Notes: generated by a model not told the origin, from the letters alone. 64,000 nucleotides of DNA from Eledone cirrhosa (GCA_964016885.1 OZ024743.1:265298001-265362000); one strand, 5' to 3'. Shown: positions 12,567 through 26,429, counted from the stretch's first letter. Numbers and translations: made by a program.

Positions 12567-15289
12567 GCGTGACCGGCGTCTACAGTTTACGTCTACAAAA
12601 TTCCACTCAGAGATTATTGGTTGTCCTGAGGCTACAGGGAAGACATATGCTGAAGATATCATTTTTGGCACACAGTGAGAATTGCGTCTTTAAATATAGA
12701 TAGATACACTGACAAATGTTTAGAAATGTAATCCGTGATACGTATATTTAGCAAAAAGAAAATATAGACTAGATAATCTAACATTATACACACCTATATG
12801 TAAATGTTTTGAACGAAAGACACATCGAAAATAGATGGATAAACACATACATATATGCATACATGCATACATTCATTCATACATAATACAATCATTGATA
12901 CATACATAGATATATACATATGCATACATACATACATACATACATACATACATACATACATACATACATACATACAAACATAAATATATACATCTGTACA
13001 TATGCATACATATATACACACATTGATACATATATAAATATATACATATGCATACATATATATATACATACATGCATACCCATATGCTTACAGACAGACA
13101 CACAGATAGATACACACATATATATATATATATTTATACATACACCTTTACATAGATAGATGGAAGTGAAGCCAGACATGTTGATAAAATATAAACGGAT
13201 TGACAGGTATCAAGATGGAGGAAATTATAAACTTACATCTAGATATCAAGCCGACAATATTCATATATTTCAGCTTCACCGCATAATACATGTATTTACA
13301 ACTTTACATAAAGACATCCAAACAATTGGTGTTGGCACTAATTCAATTGATAATGCTGGATTCCTGTGTAACTTACAAATCAATAATTCCAGCTTTTTCG
13401 GTGGCTGGATATATATATTGTTTGAGATGTGTTGAACTGCTAGGTGGTGAGGTGATTCTTTATCTTTTAAACCACTCTAAACATTTGTTCAGAAACTGAA
13501 CGTATTTTACTTATAATGCATTTGTAAAGAGGGTTGATATACTGAATAGTTACTATTTAATTACTGGTATTTGCTCTTTGTATTTCCAGCAAATAAATAT
13601 TCTAGAGCAATGATGTTCAACTTCCTTTAGAATATAGTCCACAAAATTTGCGAGTAAAATATTTTGATAAATGTATATTCAATTTTATATGCAACATTGT
13701 AAAATATAAATATTTTAACTCCATATATTAATTATGTGTTGTATAATAAGATAAATGTTCATTCACTTAATTGATTTAGAATTTAGATGGTTTTATGTGG
13801 AAAAAAATAGTGACGTCAATAGGCTAATGGAGCCTGCTGTGTACCATCAAACGTGTGGTATGGACCATTTCTGGTCTTTCAGAACCATGTTATTCCTTAG
13901 TGGTCTTGACTGAATGCAAAAGAAAGTTATTCGGTAAAAGAGACAATCACCAACATACTGCAACCATTCCTTCACAAACAGGCTGTATTATTTTTGTTTT
14001 GTTTTGTTTGTTTCTTTTTTATCACTACACCTTTTCTCTCGGAATGGAATGACGAGAGTGCGTTTGAATTAGCTATATAAACAGAAATCCGATTGCATAA
14101 TTCGCTAATCAGCAGAGATTTTTTTTTTTTCGGCTCTTAATCCGTTTCTCACTCGAACAAAAACATATATGGTATTACCACTGCAACCACCTCCCCTCGA
14201 TGTTAATTCTTATTTTAGAAGTGTTTGTAATATATTCTCCGCAGAATTCTATGAAGTGCTTTAACAAATAAATGAAAAATTCAGGCTGTGATCATTCGTT
14301 TTATTTTCAAAACATAACTAGGAATGCATTAATTATATAATGTTCTTTCTTTATGATATTTTAGTGTAATTCGGTGGAACTTTGACTACTAATTCTAGGG
14401 AATGAATTGAATATGCGAACAGTCTCCCTCGAGAACTCATATTTTCTATCATGCAGTGTGGAAATGATATAGGTAGGCTAAACATGATATCTAAAAGCAG
14501 AACATTTAAAATAATCTCAAAGAAATACATTTAGAAATAATCTCAAAGAAATACATCTATGAAGTTAGTTTTCGAAAATGAATAGTATTACGCTATTTTA
14601 CATTTGGATTATTTGTTTTGGTTTTTTCTTCAAAGTAATGCTTTTCTCGTGGTCAATTATCACATATTACGCCAATCAGTGTATGAAAAACCACAGAGAA
14701 CATCACACGACTCCCTCTTTTGGCAGCTGAGTAGCAAAAGCAAACAAACAAAACATGAAATGTAGCAACAATCAAGATGAAAGGACAAACAGTCATCTGC
14801 CACCACCATCACCACCTTTGACAACCATATTGACCACATCACCACAGAGGAAACCAAAACAACATTTATCTTCGTCATTCAACTAATTCACTTCACTTCA
14901 CTTATCACAAATATCGGCCATCATCTTCATCAAGATTTTGATTCTCGTTATTTATATTTAGTTCTTTCATTTTTTTCGTTATTTTATTGCAATGTTTGTT
15001 CATTTATATTTTTTCCTAAATTCTCAAGTGTTATTTTTGGCGTTTTAAAAACTGTATTATTTACTTTTTTCTTTCCCCCTTCATGTACTTCTTACTCTAT
15101 GAAATTATGAATGAATGTAGCGAGAAAGGCTATTGGTAATAATATAATACTGTCTATCTTAGAATACCAAGTTTTCTATGAAATGTCTCTCTGTCTGTCT
15201 TAAAATAAAACAGTGTCATGTTTATAATCTTGCGCAAATATTATTATTATTGTTATTATTATTATAAAGAAACTATTATTATTATTGTT

Positions 15290-15505
15290 GCATTGGCAGT
15301 ATCGGTAGAGGGTCGGACGCCATGCTTTCCAGCATAGAGTTACGGCCTTTGCCATTCTGAGTTCAAATCCTGCCGAGGTTAACTTTGCCTTTCATCCTTA
15401 CGGGGTCGATAAAATAAAGTACCAGTAATACACTGGGGTCGATTTAATCGAATTTCTCTTTCCCCAAAATTGCTGGCCTTTTGCCTATATAATAAACCAT
15501 TATTA
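15290..15505 (+). mobile_element. SINE family 1 copy between (ATT)n tracts
   Basis: A-box-like tggcagtatcggtag, B-box gagttcaaatcc, conserved core; tail runs into attattatt. Confidence 0.9.
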
Positions 15506-15510
15506 TTATT

Positions 15511-15546
<36 letters not shown>

Positions 15547-15549
15547 ATT

Positions 15550-16028
15550 ATGTTCATCTGTCTGGGGGTAGTTGCGAAAGAAGTATGGTGGACCAGGTTG
15601 AAAGGACTGAAGACAGACACTTTTCTCCTCGACCAATCCCTCATGGACTCCTTAAAGTTTCACTTGGAAAGGAAGGTGAGGGTGGAGCCATAGTAAATTT
15701 GCTGAAACATGGGTGAATATGGCGAGAATGGCCCGTATGAGGGGGCCTACATTGATCATGCGCCTGTAGGCTGGGGAATTTTAGGAGGAGAGGGGTGCCC
15801 TTCCCGTGTTCTCTCGAAGAGTCAGGTGGTTCAGGATTGGTGGGGCACCTGGGTCCACCCTGGGTGGTTATCACCCCTATTGGGGAATTTTACATTACTG
15901 TATTTTCCTGTTATTTTGTTATTCTTAGTTATATTTTTACACGTTTTATATGCAAATCCCCACTGTTGCCGTCTGTTGTATTGTCCCCTATATGTCGGCC
16001 CTTGTGGCCAATAAATGAAACAATTATT
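15550..16028 (+). mobile_element. 5'-truncated 3' end of an L1/Tx1-like LINE
   Basis: Decayed ORF2-like C-terminus FICLGVVAKEVWWTRLKGLKTDTF...KFHLERKVRVE, then a 3' UTR ending aataaatgaaacaattatt plus (ATT)n. Clade is from recalled similarity only. Confidence 0.55.
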
Positions 16029-16054
16029 ATTATTTTTACTACTACTACTACTAC

Positions 16055-16100
<46 letters not shown>

Positions 16101-16610
16101 GTTCTTTGAGTCACAGTCATTGATGTTAGTTAACTGGAAAGTTTGTTGAAATGAATATGAAGCGGCTACCTGCAGCCTCAGATGTTCAGGACGTATCGGA
16201 GGGTTCTTGCTGTTCCCAGCAAGCATGCCGTTTGAAGTGTTCCAAAAAGCGGGGCTGGACTAATCTTCTTTAACCATCCTTGGAAACTCTTTGAGATAGT
16301 ACCTAGTACGCCTATGACAATCGGGACGACCTTGATTTCATTGCAGTTCCAAATCCTTTTTAACTCTCCCTTAAAGTCCTGATATCGGTTAATTTTCTCC
16401 CTCTCATTTTCTTGCACTCTAGCGTAAAATGGGCAGGCCACATCTACAATCAGGCACGATCTTTTTTTCCTTTTCAAAAACCACCAGGTCAGGCCTATTG
16501 TCTTCTAATTTCTTGTCCGTCTGTATCCTAAAATCCCACAGCACCTTCACCTGATCGTTTTCTATCACCGACTCTGGCTTATACTCATACCACTTCTCCG
16601 AATGTGGTAA
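16101..16610 (-). mobile_element. R4/Dong-clade non-LTR retrotransposon, RLE endonuclease 3' fragment
   Basis: KWYEYKPESVIENDQVKVLWDFRIQTDKKLEDNRPDLVVF (frameshift) CLIVDVACP...EKINRYQD...VVPIVIGVLG...LQTACLLGTA. The 3' end runs into (TAA)n, the known Dong target type. Confidence 0.88.
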
Positions 16611-16727
16611 ATTGTTTACTTTTCATAGATGCCAGTGTATTCCACTCGACTTCTCTCTCTCTCTCTCCTTCACATTAACTTCTAAAAAAATGCATCATTT
16701 AAACAAACGCAAAAACACACGTACACA

Positions 16728-16769
<42 letters not shown>

Positions 16770-16833
16770 TAAATATTTCGTATCTCCAATGAAATACGGT
16801 TTTAGGTGATGTCCAGTAGAAGCAAGGGGGACA

Positions 16834-16877
16834 ACCGTCTATGCATTTCAGGCTTAACTGACCTTCATCAGGACGGT
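16834..16877 (-). ncRNA. Minimal type I hammerhead ribozyme
   Basis: Minus strand accgtc-CTGATGA-aggt cagtta a gcct-GAA-A-TGCA-T-A-gacggt: 6-bp stem I, minimal stem III with palindromic TGCA loop, AUA triplet. Confidence 0.85.
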
Positions 16878-17124
16878 CCCTCCCACCGATTGCGACTGCT
16901 GGACTAGAAGACAGCCGAGAATATATACATTTCTCGTCTGTGTAAATGAGGTGATTAATCTCATTTGCATATGAAGCTGCATAAGTTGGCTCAACTTATA
17001 ATAAAAGTTGAGCCAACTTATGCAGCTTCATATGCAAATGAGATTAATCACCTCATTTACACAGACGAGAAATGTATATATTCTCGGCTGTCTTCTAGTC
17101 CAGCAGTCGCAATCGGTGGGAGGG

Positions 17125-17168
17125 ACCGTCCTGATGAAGGTCAGTTAAGCCTGAAATGTATAGACGGT
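17125..17168 (+). ncRNA. Minimal type I hammerhead ribozyme (mirror copy)
   Basis: accgtc CTGATGA(17131-17137) aggt..gcct GAAA tgta ta gacggt; loop 3 is TGTA instead of TGCA. Confidence 0.8.
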
Positions 17169-17279
17169 TGTCCCCCTTGCTTCTACTGGACATCACCAGA
17201 GGGCGTTTGCCCCCACCCCGGTGTTTGCATAGCTACGGCTTCCTTAAAACCGTATTTCCTTGGAGATACGAAATATTTA

Positions 17280-17319
17280 TACATATTGTATAAAGCTATG
17301 CTTGAAGCGAAATCCTATT

Positions 17320-17373
<54 letters not shown>

Positions 17374-17406
17374 AATAGGATTTCGCTTCAAGCATAGCTT
17401 TATACA

Positions 17407-17412
<6 letters not shown>
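17280..17412. repeat. Inverted repeat of about 45 bp whose loop is a (TA)n tract
   Basis: tacatattgtataaagctatgcttgaagcgaaatcctattt pairs with aaataggatttcgcttcaagcatagctttatacaatatgta. Confidence 0.93.
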
Positions 17413-17464
<52 letters not shown>

Positions 17465-17646
17465 TTTTTATTAAAATAACAGATTAAAATTTAAGCAAAG
17501 AATCGCTGCTTTCACCCTTAACGAGATCTTCGGTTCTTATATAACTGATATATATTTATCCTTATCGAGCCCTCTTTGGATTTTAGTCTTCAAATTTATT
17601 ATTATTACTATATATATATATATATGTATGTATGTATGTATATATG

Positions 17647-17720
<74 letters not shown>

Positions 17721-17793
17721 AATGTATGTGTGTATGTATATAGTATGTATGTATATATATATATATATGTACACACACACACACAGTCACACT

Positions 17794-17825
<32 letters not shown>

Positions 17826-18869
17826 CAAACCTGGGAAAGTTGTGGGAGCAGAATGCTCATACACGCCGACCAGAGAGTCCAATCAGAAGGAATGTTAGCA
17901 CGACCAACCGATACCATGAATGTATCCACATATTTTACTCATGCTTTACCTCGGGGTCCCATAGTTATTGGTTTTGCCCGTATGTTCTTTATTCGTTAGT
18001 AGCTTTAGCTTCTTAAGATAATGATGCGTTCAGGACCGCTGGTACAATTCTCGGCGTCGAAACCAGACTGTGGGGATGGCTGAAAAAGAATCATATTTTT
18101 CTGTATCGAGTATGTGTCTAATATGTTTGTCTTCATTGTGATGTTTTTGCTATGTATATATATATTCAAGAGACCTATAAGCCAATCGGTTGAAGATGGT
18201 TATTAAATAGTAAATGACTAACGCTAATTATGCAATTGCTTCCATTACATTATCTGGTTAAAACACAAGTGACAGCAAATTGATCACCAATTATATATGA
18301 ACTATACCTTTTGCCAATTTACATGTTTTTCAACAGTTCTGCTTATTTAATTAATTTTTATGAGTGAAATATTTGATTATGTTTGTGAAGAACACTTCAA
18401 TTGTTTGCCATTGATAGTGTCTTGCAAATAGTCAATGTTAATTAAATTAATTTTTTTTTTTTTTTAAAGTTTCAGGGCCACTATAGATCTCTTAGAGTCT
18501 TTATCAAGCATTAATAGCTGCTTGCTAAACGACATTTTTTCTTTAGATAACAAACAACGTTTATACTATGGTAGAACTTTAAAACAGTTTTTAAACATAA
18601 TCAACGTTTCTTTATTGTATAAGTAAAATTTACCACGTTTGTCTCCTTCGTCTTCCACCTACGTAGATATTGTTTCCTATTTATAGACAATTACTAACGT
18701 TTCAAACAATTACAAATCCTTGTGCAAGCTATAAGATTTCAGTAAGATACATATTTTACCTCAGTACACCATTTAGTAAATGCTATATTCTGATTTTAAT
18801 GCACTTAGTTCCCAAGAAATAACACATCAATCAATCATGTATGTATATATGAATATATGTATCTATCTC

Positions 18870-18909
<40 letters not shown>

Positions 18910-19683
18910 CGTGTGTGTGTGTGTGTGTATGTGTGTTTGTCTACGTGCGTATAAATAAATAAATATGTATATATATATAGATATATATAAAGGTTTGTGC
19001 TAGGATTTGACGCGTTCTAATTTAATATACCACCGATGTTAAATATTCGTGTCGACATAATTGACTTTCTTCTCCTCACAAATTGTTAGCTTTATGTCAA
19101 ATCTAGAAGTCATTATTTTGTAACCTTGCTATTTTTTCATTATTGCTATTGTCTTTGATATCAACCATCTTCTTTATGAATTTTAATACTTAAAATAGGC
19201 CTATTTTTTTATGAATTTTCTTTGTTTCATCGTTGTTTTTAATTTGTAGACTTCTTTTTTTTTTAGGTCTTCTTTTCACAAAACAGCATTCATCGTTTTG
19301 TTGCAGTATTTATTATTAATTGTTTCTACTTTTGGCACAAGGCCAGCAATTACCCAGCGAATTACTGGTACTTTATTTATTATTAATGTATTTATTATTA
19401 ATGTTGTTAAAATATATTAAATGTCGAGTAATCTTTACATTGACAATTTTAATATCGTTTTCTAATTTTAATCTATATTTTTCAATACATTGTTGTTCAT
19501 TGTCTTCTAATTGCTACGGAGTGGAATAAAATGTATAACCATATGGATACGCTTGGTGATACTTGTTGCTGATCGTATGCGGTTGCGTTAAGTAGATTTA
19601 TCTTTCATTTACACCTGTCACCGTCTGTGTACGTAATTGCGTCATTTAGGCTTATAAATATATTAGCCTTTATGTATATATAC

Positions 19684-19815
<132 letters not shown>

Positions 19816-20014
19816 ATAATACGGATAAATATATTTGTGTTTTTAGAAAAGTATGATTTTAAACGAATGAATTCGTCTGACAGATATATATGTAAACATA
19901 TTAATACGCCTAAATAGATAATATTAATACATACAATAAATATATATGGTAAGATGCCAGCTGTGATTAAGAATAATATTGAAACGACATTAGAAAGGAA
20001 ATTTGTAAATCTTC

Positions 20015-22680
20015 CTTGATTGACAGCGCCCTGGACTCCAATCGAGCCAGTGACTGGGAGCGGCTGTTCTATTTCGCCCCACTCGCCCTCGGCCTCCCCA
20101 GCTCTGGCGCTGACCGGGGCGGCCGGTCAACAGCAGCCTTCATCAAGGCGAATGTCTCGTCCTTTGGGCGAGCGCTCATTGCAAGCGTGCCCAGGGACGA
20201 CATCGCCCCACCCACAGGTACCCCTGATCCTCCACGATCGAGGCCAGCGTCAAGCGTTTGCGTGACTAGGTAAACGCCAAGCTTATCATGGGTGATGTCT
20301 CGGCCGCATTCAGAGTTGCTGCCTCAGAGGACACTGTCCTCCAATCCACCAAGGAGGTCCTGGCTGCTCTGCGACTCAAACACACTGAGCCACCCACTGA
20401 TCTCAGACCCCTACCCCTACCCGACTCCCACTTGCTCCTTGTGGCTTCTGATGCCGACACCATGTCCGCCATCAGGTCCTTCCCAGCTAGCAACTGCGGA
20501 GGTGTTGATGGTCTCCGACCAGGCCACCTCAAGGAGTTGATATCCCCCCTCTCCGCTCAGGCCAGGCGCCGCCTTCTGAGTGCAATTTGGGCGCTCACCA
20601 ATAGGCTCATCCATGGTGCCCTGGACCCTTACGCCCGAGGCCTCCTTTTTTCGGCCAGCCTCACAGCCGTTAGGAAGCAAGTGCGTGGCATACGCCCCAT
20701 TGCTGTGGGCAATGTCTTCCGGAGGCTGGCTGCCAAGGTGATCTGCAAGTCCGTAACACACGAACTGGGTGAGGAGTTTAGTCCGGTGCAACTGGATGTC
20801 GGCGTGTCCGGTGGCTGTGAGGGGGCCACTATTGCAACCAGGAAGTTCTTCAACATCTGCCTATAGGAACCGGCATCCAGGGACTCCAGGCACCGCATTG
20901 TCAAACTTGACGTGAGGAATACCTTCAACTCTTTACGCCGGAACCATCTGCTCGAGGCCTGCCTCAGCTGATCCCCCTCTGCCTACCCACTGGCCTGCCT
21001 GACGTATGGTGCCCCGAGCATGCTCCTTCCTGCTGATACAGTCATACCCTCTGCTACTGGGGTCCAAGAGGGCGATCTTTTGAGAACCCCCCTGCTCGCC
21101 CTTGGTATTGATCACATCCCCTGGAATATCATGGCCCCTCTCAACGTTTGGTATCTGGATGATGCTACGTTGGGCGGGCCCGTATGGACGGTTTGCCATG
21201 GCCTTCAATCGTTGGTTCCTGCCCTGGCGGGAATCGGCCGCCAGGTCAACTCGGCCTAGTCGGAGGTGGTGCATGTCAGCCTCGATGCTGCGAGCTTTGC
21301 AGCCTCCGTCTTGGACGTGCGGTCCATTCTCCGCCAGGTTCAGGTGACCACCAAAGAGGATGTCCTCATCCTCCGGTCACCGATCCTCCCGCCGGCCATC
21401 CGATCCACCATCAGGTCCAGGCTTCAACAGACTCTCACGAGCCGACTGGGCTTGATTGATGGCCAGCCAGCTCTCTTTCTGCTGAGGAAGTGCTTCGCAA
21501 TGCCAAAGCTCCTGTATACACTCCGCAGCGCTCCGTGCTACACCCAGACATCTCTCCTCGCTAACCTCGATACTTTTATCCGAGCAGCAGACGAGGAGAT
21601 ATGCAACGTCAAGTTTGACGACATAGGGTGGCAACAGGCCACTTTACCTGTCAGGTATGGCGGCCTTGGCCTCCGGTCCTCGATCTCACTAGCTTTGCCG
21701 GCGTATCTTTCGTCGATAACCTCGTGCCGCGTCCTCGTCAGTAGGGTTCTTCACAACAGAACCCTCTGTGTTCAGAGAACGTGAGGCTGCCTGTGAGACG
21801 TGGGACCGGCTGGGACTTAGCCCAGTATACGTCCCTCCTCCTTCTTCACCTGTTGACGTCAAGGCCCCCCAACGCACTTGGGATGCCATCCTGCGCAGCC
21901 TGGCCTCAGACAGGCTCACGCGCCAGATCGACCAGCACCGCCTTGCTTGTTTTCGTGCGGCATCCAAACCCCACAGTGGTGCCTGGCTCCATGCCCTACC
22001 CTCCTTCTCCGGTGGCACGCAGCTAGATAACCATAGCTTGCGCATCGGCGTTTCCCTGAGGCTCGACCTCCGGATCTGCCAGCCACACCAATGTCGCTGC
22101 GGCTTCACCGTGGACTCTTTCGGCCTCCACCCGCTTTCCAGTCGCCACATTCCACGCCATGCTGCCCTCAACGAGGTCATTAAGCATGGCTTGGACGCTA
22201 CTGGCTTCCCTTCCCAGCTCGATGCCGGTGGCGCTGGGTTGAGGGGACGGCAAAAGGCCAGATGGCATGACTATCTTCCCGTTCCGTGGTGGCAAACCCC
22301 TCGTCTGGGATGCCACTTGCACCGACACTTTCTAAAGCCGCACCCTCGTGCAGTCTGCGACTGACCCATGTTCGGCTTCACGTCGGACTGAGAGGGCCAA
22401 ACTCCTCAAATACCGGTCGCTCTCCGACAGGTTTGCGGTCGTACCCCTGGCAGTGGAGACTTCTGGTGTCCTCGGCTCCGGGGCTACCTCCTTACTCACC
22501 ACCATAAGCGATGAGCTGGCCAGCCGCAGGTGTGAGCCCCGCGAGCTGGAGTGGCACATCCAGCGCGTCTCCCTCGCCGTCCGCCGGGGAAACGCTTTCT
22601 CCATTCTGTCAGCCGGGGCTGTGGGTGGGCCCCATCGCGAACCGTTGTAGTTGTTGTAGAAAAAACAGGAAGACAACAAC
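20015..22680 (+). mobile_element. CRE-type non-LTR retrotransposon (RT + zinc knuckle + RLE endonuclease), 5'-truncated and decayed
   Basis: [95 protein letters not shown]; several stops and frameshifts. Confidence 0.9.
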
Positions 22681-23049
22681 TAGAAAGATTGATTCTCTAG
22701 AAGCTGCTACACTCTATTGTTTCTTTTATAAAATAGCTCAATTAAGTTTCCCTTGTGATCAAACATTTCAAATACTCAACTATATACTAGGCCAACTGTC
22801 ACAAAAAATATATCATTACAAAAGCAGAGAGTAAAATATAGCACAAACAGAAACCTATATAGATAATTATCCGCCATTGTTGAAATACCCTATGGCGAAA
22901 GTACGCTTAACAAGCAAATTATTTTGTAATATCAGTGCTATATTAATTTTGAAATGTATAATCATTGTTGATCTCAGGAAATAAAATTCTTCAGCAACCC
23001 ATACGATATTGCTTATCTGAGTTATATGTATTTATTGTTTAATTTTATT

Positions 23050-23262
23050 TTAGTAGTAGTAGTAGTAATAGAAGTAGTAGTAGCAGTAGTATTAGTAGTA
23101 GTAGTAGTAGTATTAGTATTAGTAGTAGCAGTAGTAGTAGTAGTAGCAGCAGCAGCGGCAGCAGCATCAGAAGCATCAGTAATATTAATAGTAGTCGTAG
23201 GAACACTACTACTGCTGCTGCTGTTGCTGCTATTACTACTACTACTACTGCTGTTGCTGTGG

Positions 23263-23303
<41 letters not shown>

Positions 23304-23406
23304 GCTACTACTGTCGCTGCTGCTGCTACTGCTGCTATTACTACTGCTATTGGTACTGTTATTACTATTGCTGCTTCTACTACTACTACTACTACTACTA
23401 CTACTG

Positions 23407-23451
<45 letters not shown>

Positions 23452-23510
23452 TTCCTACTATATCTACAACCACCATCATTATTACTACTACTTCTACTAC
23501 TACTACTTTC
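23050..23510. repeat. Compound trinucleotide microsatellite (TAG/CAG)n switching to (CTA/CTG)n
   Basis: Direct reading; strand switch at about 23200. Confidence 0.9.
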
Positions 23511-23888
23511 TTATTCTTTTAATATTTTTTTATTTAAACTATAATAAACTATATATTTATTGAAATTTATAATTGAATTTCCTCAATTTCAAAAATATGG
23601 TTACAATTTATTTCTCTAAATAATATCACGTTACTCTGTTTTCTTTTTATTGTGGATTTTTTGCAATATATTTTGAAATTTCTTTTTAAAATTATTTTTT
23701 CCTTATTTTAATAAAGTGAAAGAGAATTATGAAGCTTACGTAGGAATAGCATATAGGAATCTAAACTACATTTCTCTGTGCGTGTCTTTTGACTGTGATT
23801 TCCATCTTATGTCAATAGCAATAGTTTTGACAAATTCTAACCATATTTATATGTTCAAGAATATATTTATATATGTGTGTGTGTGTGC

Positions 23889-23940
<52 letters not shown>

Positions 23941-24636
23941 AGAGATAGATAGATGTGTGTATGTGTAAATTTGAATAACTCTGAATACATTCTAATGTTC
24001 AGTTCTCCTGCGAACAAGTTTCTTACCACTAAAACATATAATAACATTTTGATTAGAGTTTCTTGATTTATTATATACATATATATATAATATATTTTTT
24101 AAAACGAGGTTATAGGAAATACCCTATATTCTCGGTTGCCCCCATTACTCACTCAATGAGATATGGTTTGAACGTACAAACGTGCAAATTTGTATCAGAT
24201 TGTTAACAAAATGTATATTTGTATCGGGGCAGTCATACGTAGCTGTCCCTTACTTCGTGGTTTCTGCAAGTGCAAACAGTAACGACAAGCGCATTTGAAA
24301 TATGTCTTTCATAGTAGCTTCACCGTGCATGTATACAAACCAAATTATGTATTACTTCATCAGCGGGAAATAACGCTAAAATGGCGGGAGATTGGGAAGC
24401 TGTTTATCCAGTAAAGATGTCAAGGAATTACTGCAATAATGGATTAGGTAGTCGGCAGCAAATAGAGACGTCATGCGTAGAAGAATGACAAGAGGCTCAC
24501 TAAGATTCTGTCTGATAGTGGAAAACTCAAAATAAAATATATTATTAATTCATAGCTGGTTTAGATATCAACCAGTTGAAAAAAAAAGAAATAGAAAACA
24601 GAATTGCAAATCAATAGAGAGGCAAATACAATGCCT

Positions 24637-24790
<154 letters not shown>

Positions 24791-26429
24791 GTTGTTATAT
24801 AGTAAGGTGCATTATTGGTTGTGTAAAATGGTCCCATAACTTTATGTTAGCAATATTAAGTTCTCCACGCTTTTGTATATCTCCAATTCCATTCAAGGGA
24901 ACAGCTAGATGATGTAAAACGGAGTTTCAGTATCAAAATGAAAATCCGAATGCAAGGTAAAATTCCAATCATTTAATCACGACACATGTTTCAATAAGAG
25001 ATAGATCGATTGTGAAGCCATGATCGATTATCACTGATCTCATCAGGTGAAAATGAATTGTCTTCAAAGTCTTGATATGAGGGAGAAAAAATAACGATGT
25101 TCTCTTACAGAATTCATTCCCTCATATGGAGAAACACCAGTCAGAAACACGGCGACTGCTATTAGCAGGTCATAAAAGTTTTTAGATTTCTATCGCTGCA
25201 AAAGACGCTGGACATCAATCAAATCTGAAGGGATACAGTCAGTCACAGTTAAAGTGAGTTGGTGCACACACATTCCACGCCCCATACACCGGCTCGAGGT
25301 CAAAGAAAAATATATACACATATATATACACACATTAACACATTATTAAACCTGTAGAGTTAGTGTGGGTGTGTACACACACACTTTCACACACACCGAA
25401 GCGATGCCCGAGAAAAACAAATATAAGAAAACAAATATAATAAAATAAATATAAGAATGTACCAACACAGCACTCACCGAAAGTTAGTTCACAACGCAAC
25501 AGAATCTAGATTGGTCAAATCTCAATTTGACGATGTAAATTGGAAATATTGGGTTAACCAACGCCCCACACATACACGCACACACACACACACACGCAAG
25601 TAAGTTCAGTTCAGTGTTCTGCTATACGTGTGTGAATCGAATTGTAACATCCATATCTTCAAGTGTATGTTATGGTATATACAGATCCGAATCGTCCAAA
25701 AAAGGTTATGTCCGGGAATATACATATCCATGTGAAGAGCAATCAATCAGCTCATGTCGAACTCAGTGTGTACCGCTGTCCCATTGAGAATCCTAGACAC
25801 CAAATCCGTGCTTGCAAGCAACCGCAATGTATGCCAGCAAAGGACTCCGTGTAGGGTTGGCTATTGGGTAAATGCGTCCGTAAGTGCAATTTCCCGTCAT
25901 ATGGGCCAATGAGCTTTTAAGATAGTTGTTTGAGTGGTGGAGGTGTGTTATCCAACACAGAATATGAAGTACGAAAACACAGGATAGTAAAATCCAAAGG
26001 ATGTGTGTAGGGCCATTAATGGTGTGTCAGTATTATTGTTCAATCCGTAACAGTGAGTCCTCCATGGTTAGATGATCACGGATCAAAACCTGGTGTAGTG
26101 TTGAGTCGGTAGGAAGGTGACAGTCGTAATTGTGAGAACTCAATGTCTCAAGGAAACGGGTACAATGTGTAGAGCTATGTATAGAGAGCGTAATAGGTCC
26201 TAACTAAGTGTGTAATCAATCTAACTATTTACTAGCTAGGTATTCTAGAAAAGAGCGCTCAGCTGTGAGAACTCCGTAGAAACAGGCCGAGTATCTTTTG
26301 TAAGTGCACAAACAATGTTAGCCGTCTAACTACCTAAGTGTGTGACTGTCTGTTTATTGAGAGAACTCTATGGCTAAAGTAGAGAGGGAGGAGTTAGTGG
26401 TCGGTTACCTTCCAAAAATCCTGCGGTTT

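Larger units (their letters stand above)
16805..17197. repeat. Near-perfect palindrome, 193-bp arms (1 mismatch), 7-nt loop
   Basis: 16805-16997 pairs with 17005-17197. Pairing resumes at 16766-16804 versus about 17243-17284 after a roughly 45-bp indel. Confidence 0.97.

Noticed and set aside
13160-13499. Non-repetitive 91-aa and 69-aa ORFs
   Set aside because: No recognisable motif, and the lengths are compatible with chance.
23026-23544. Poly-Leu/Val/Thr ORFs resembling membrane or mucin proteins
   Set aside because: They lie entirely within a trinucleotide microsatellite.
24290-24370. Minus-strand CTGATGA...GAAA
   Set aside because: Stem I cannot form and stem II is offset; likely chance.
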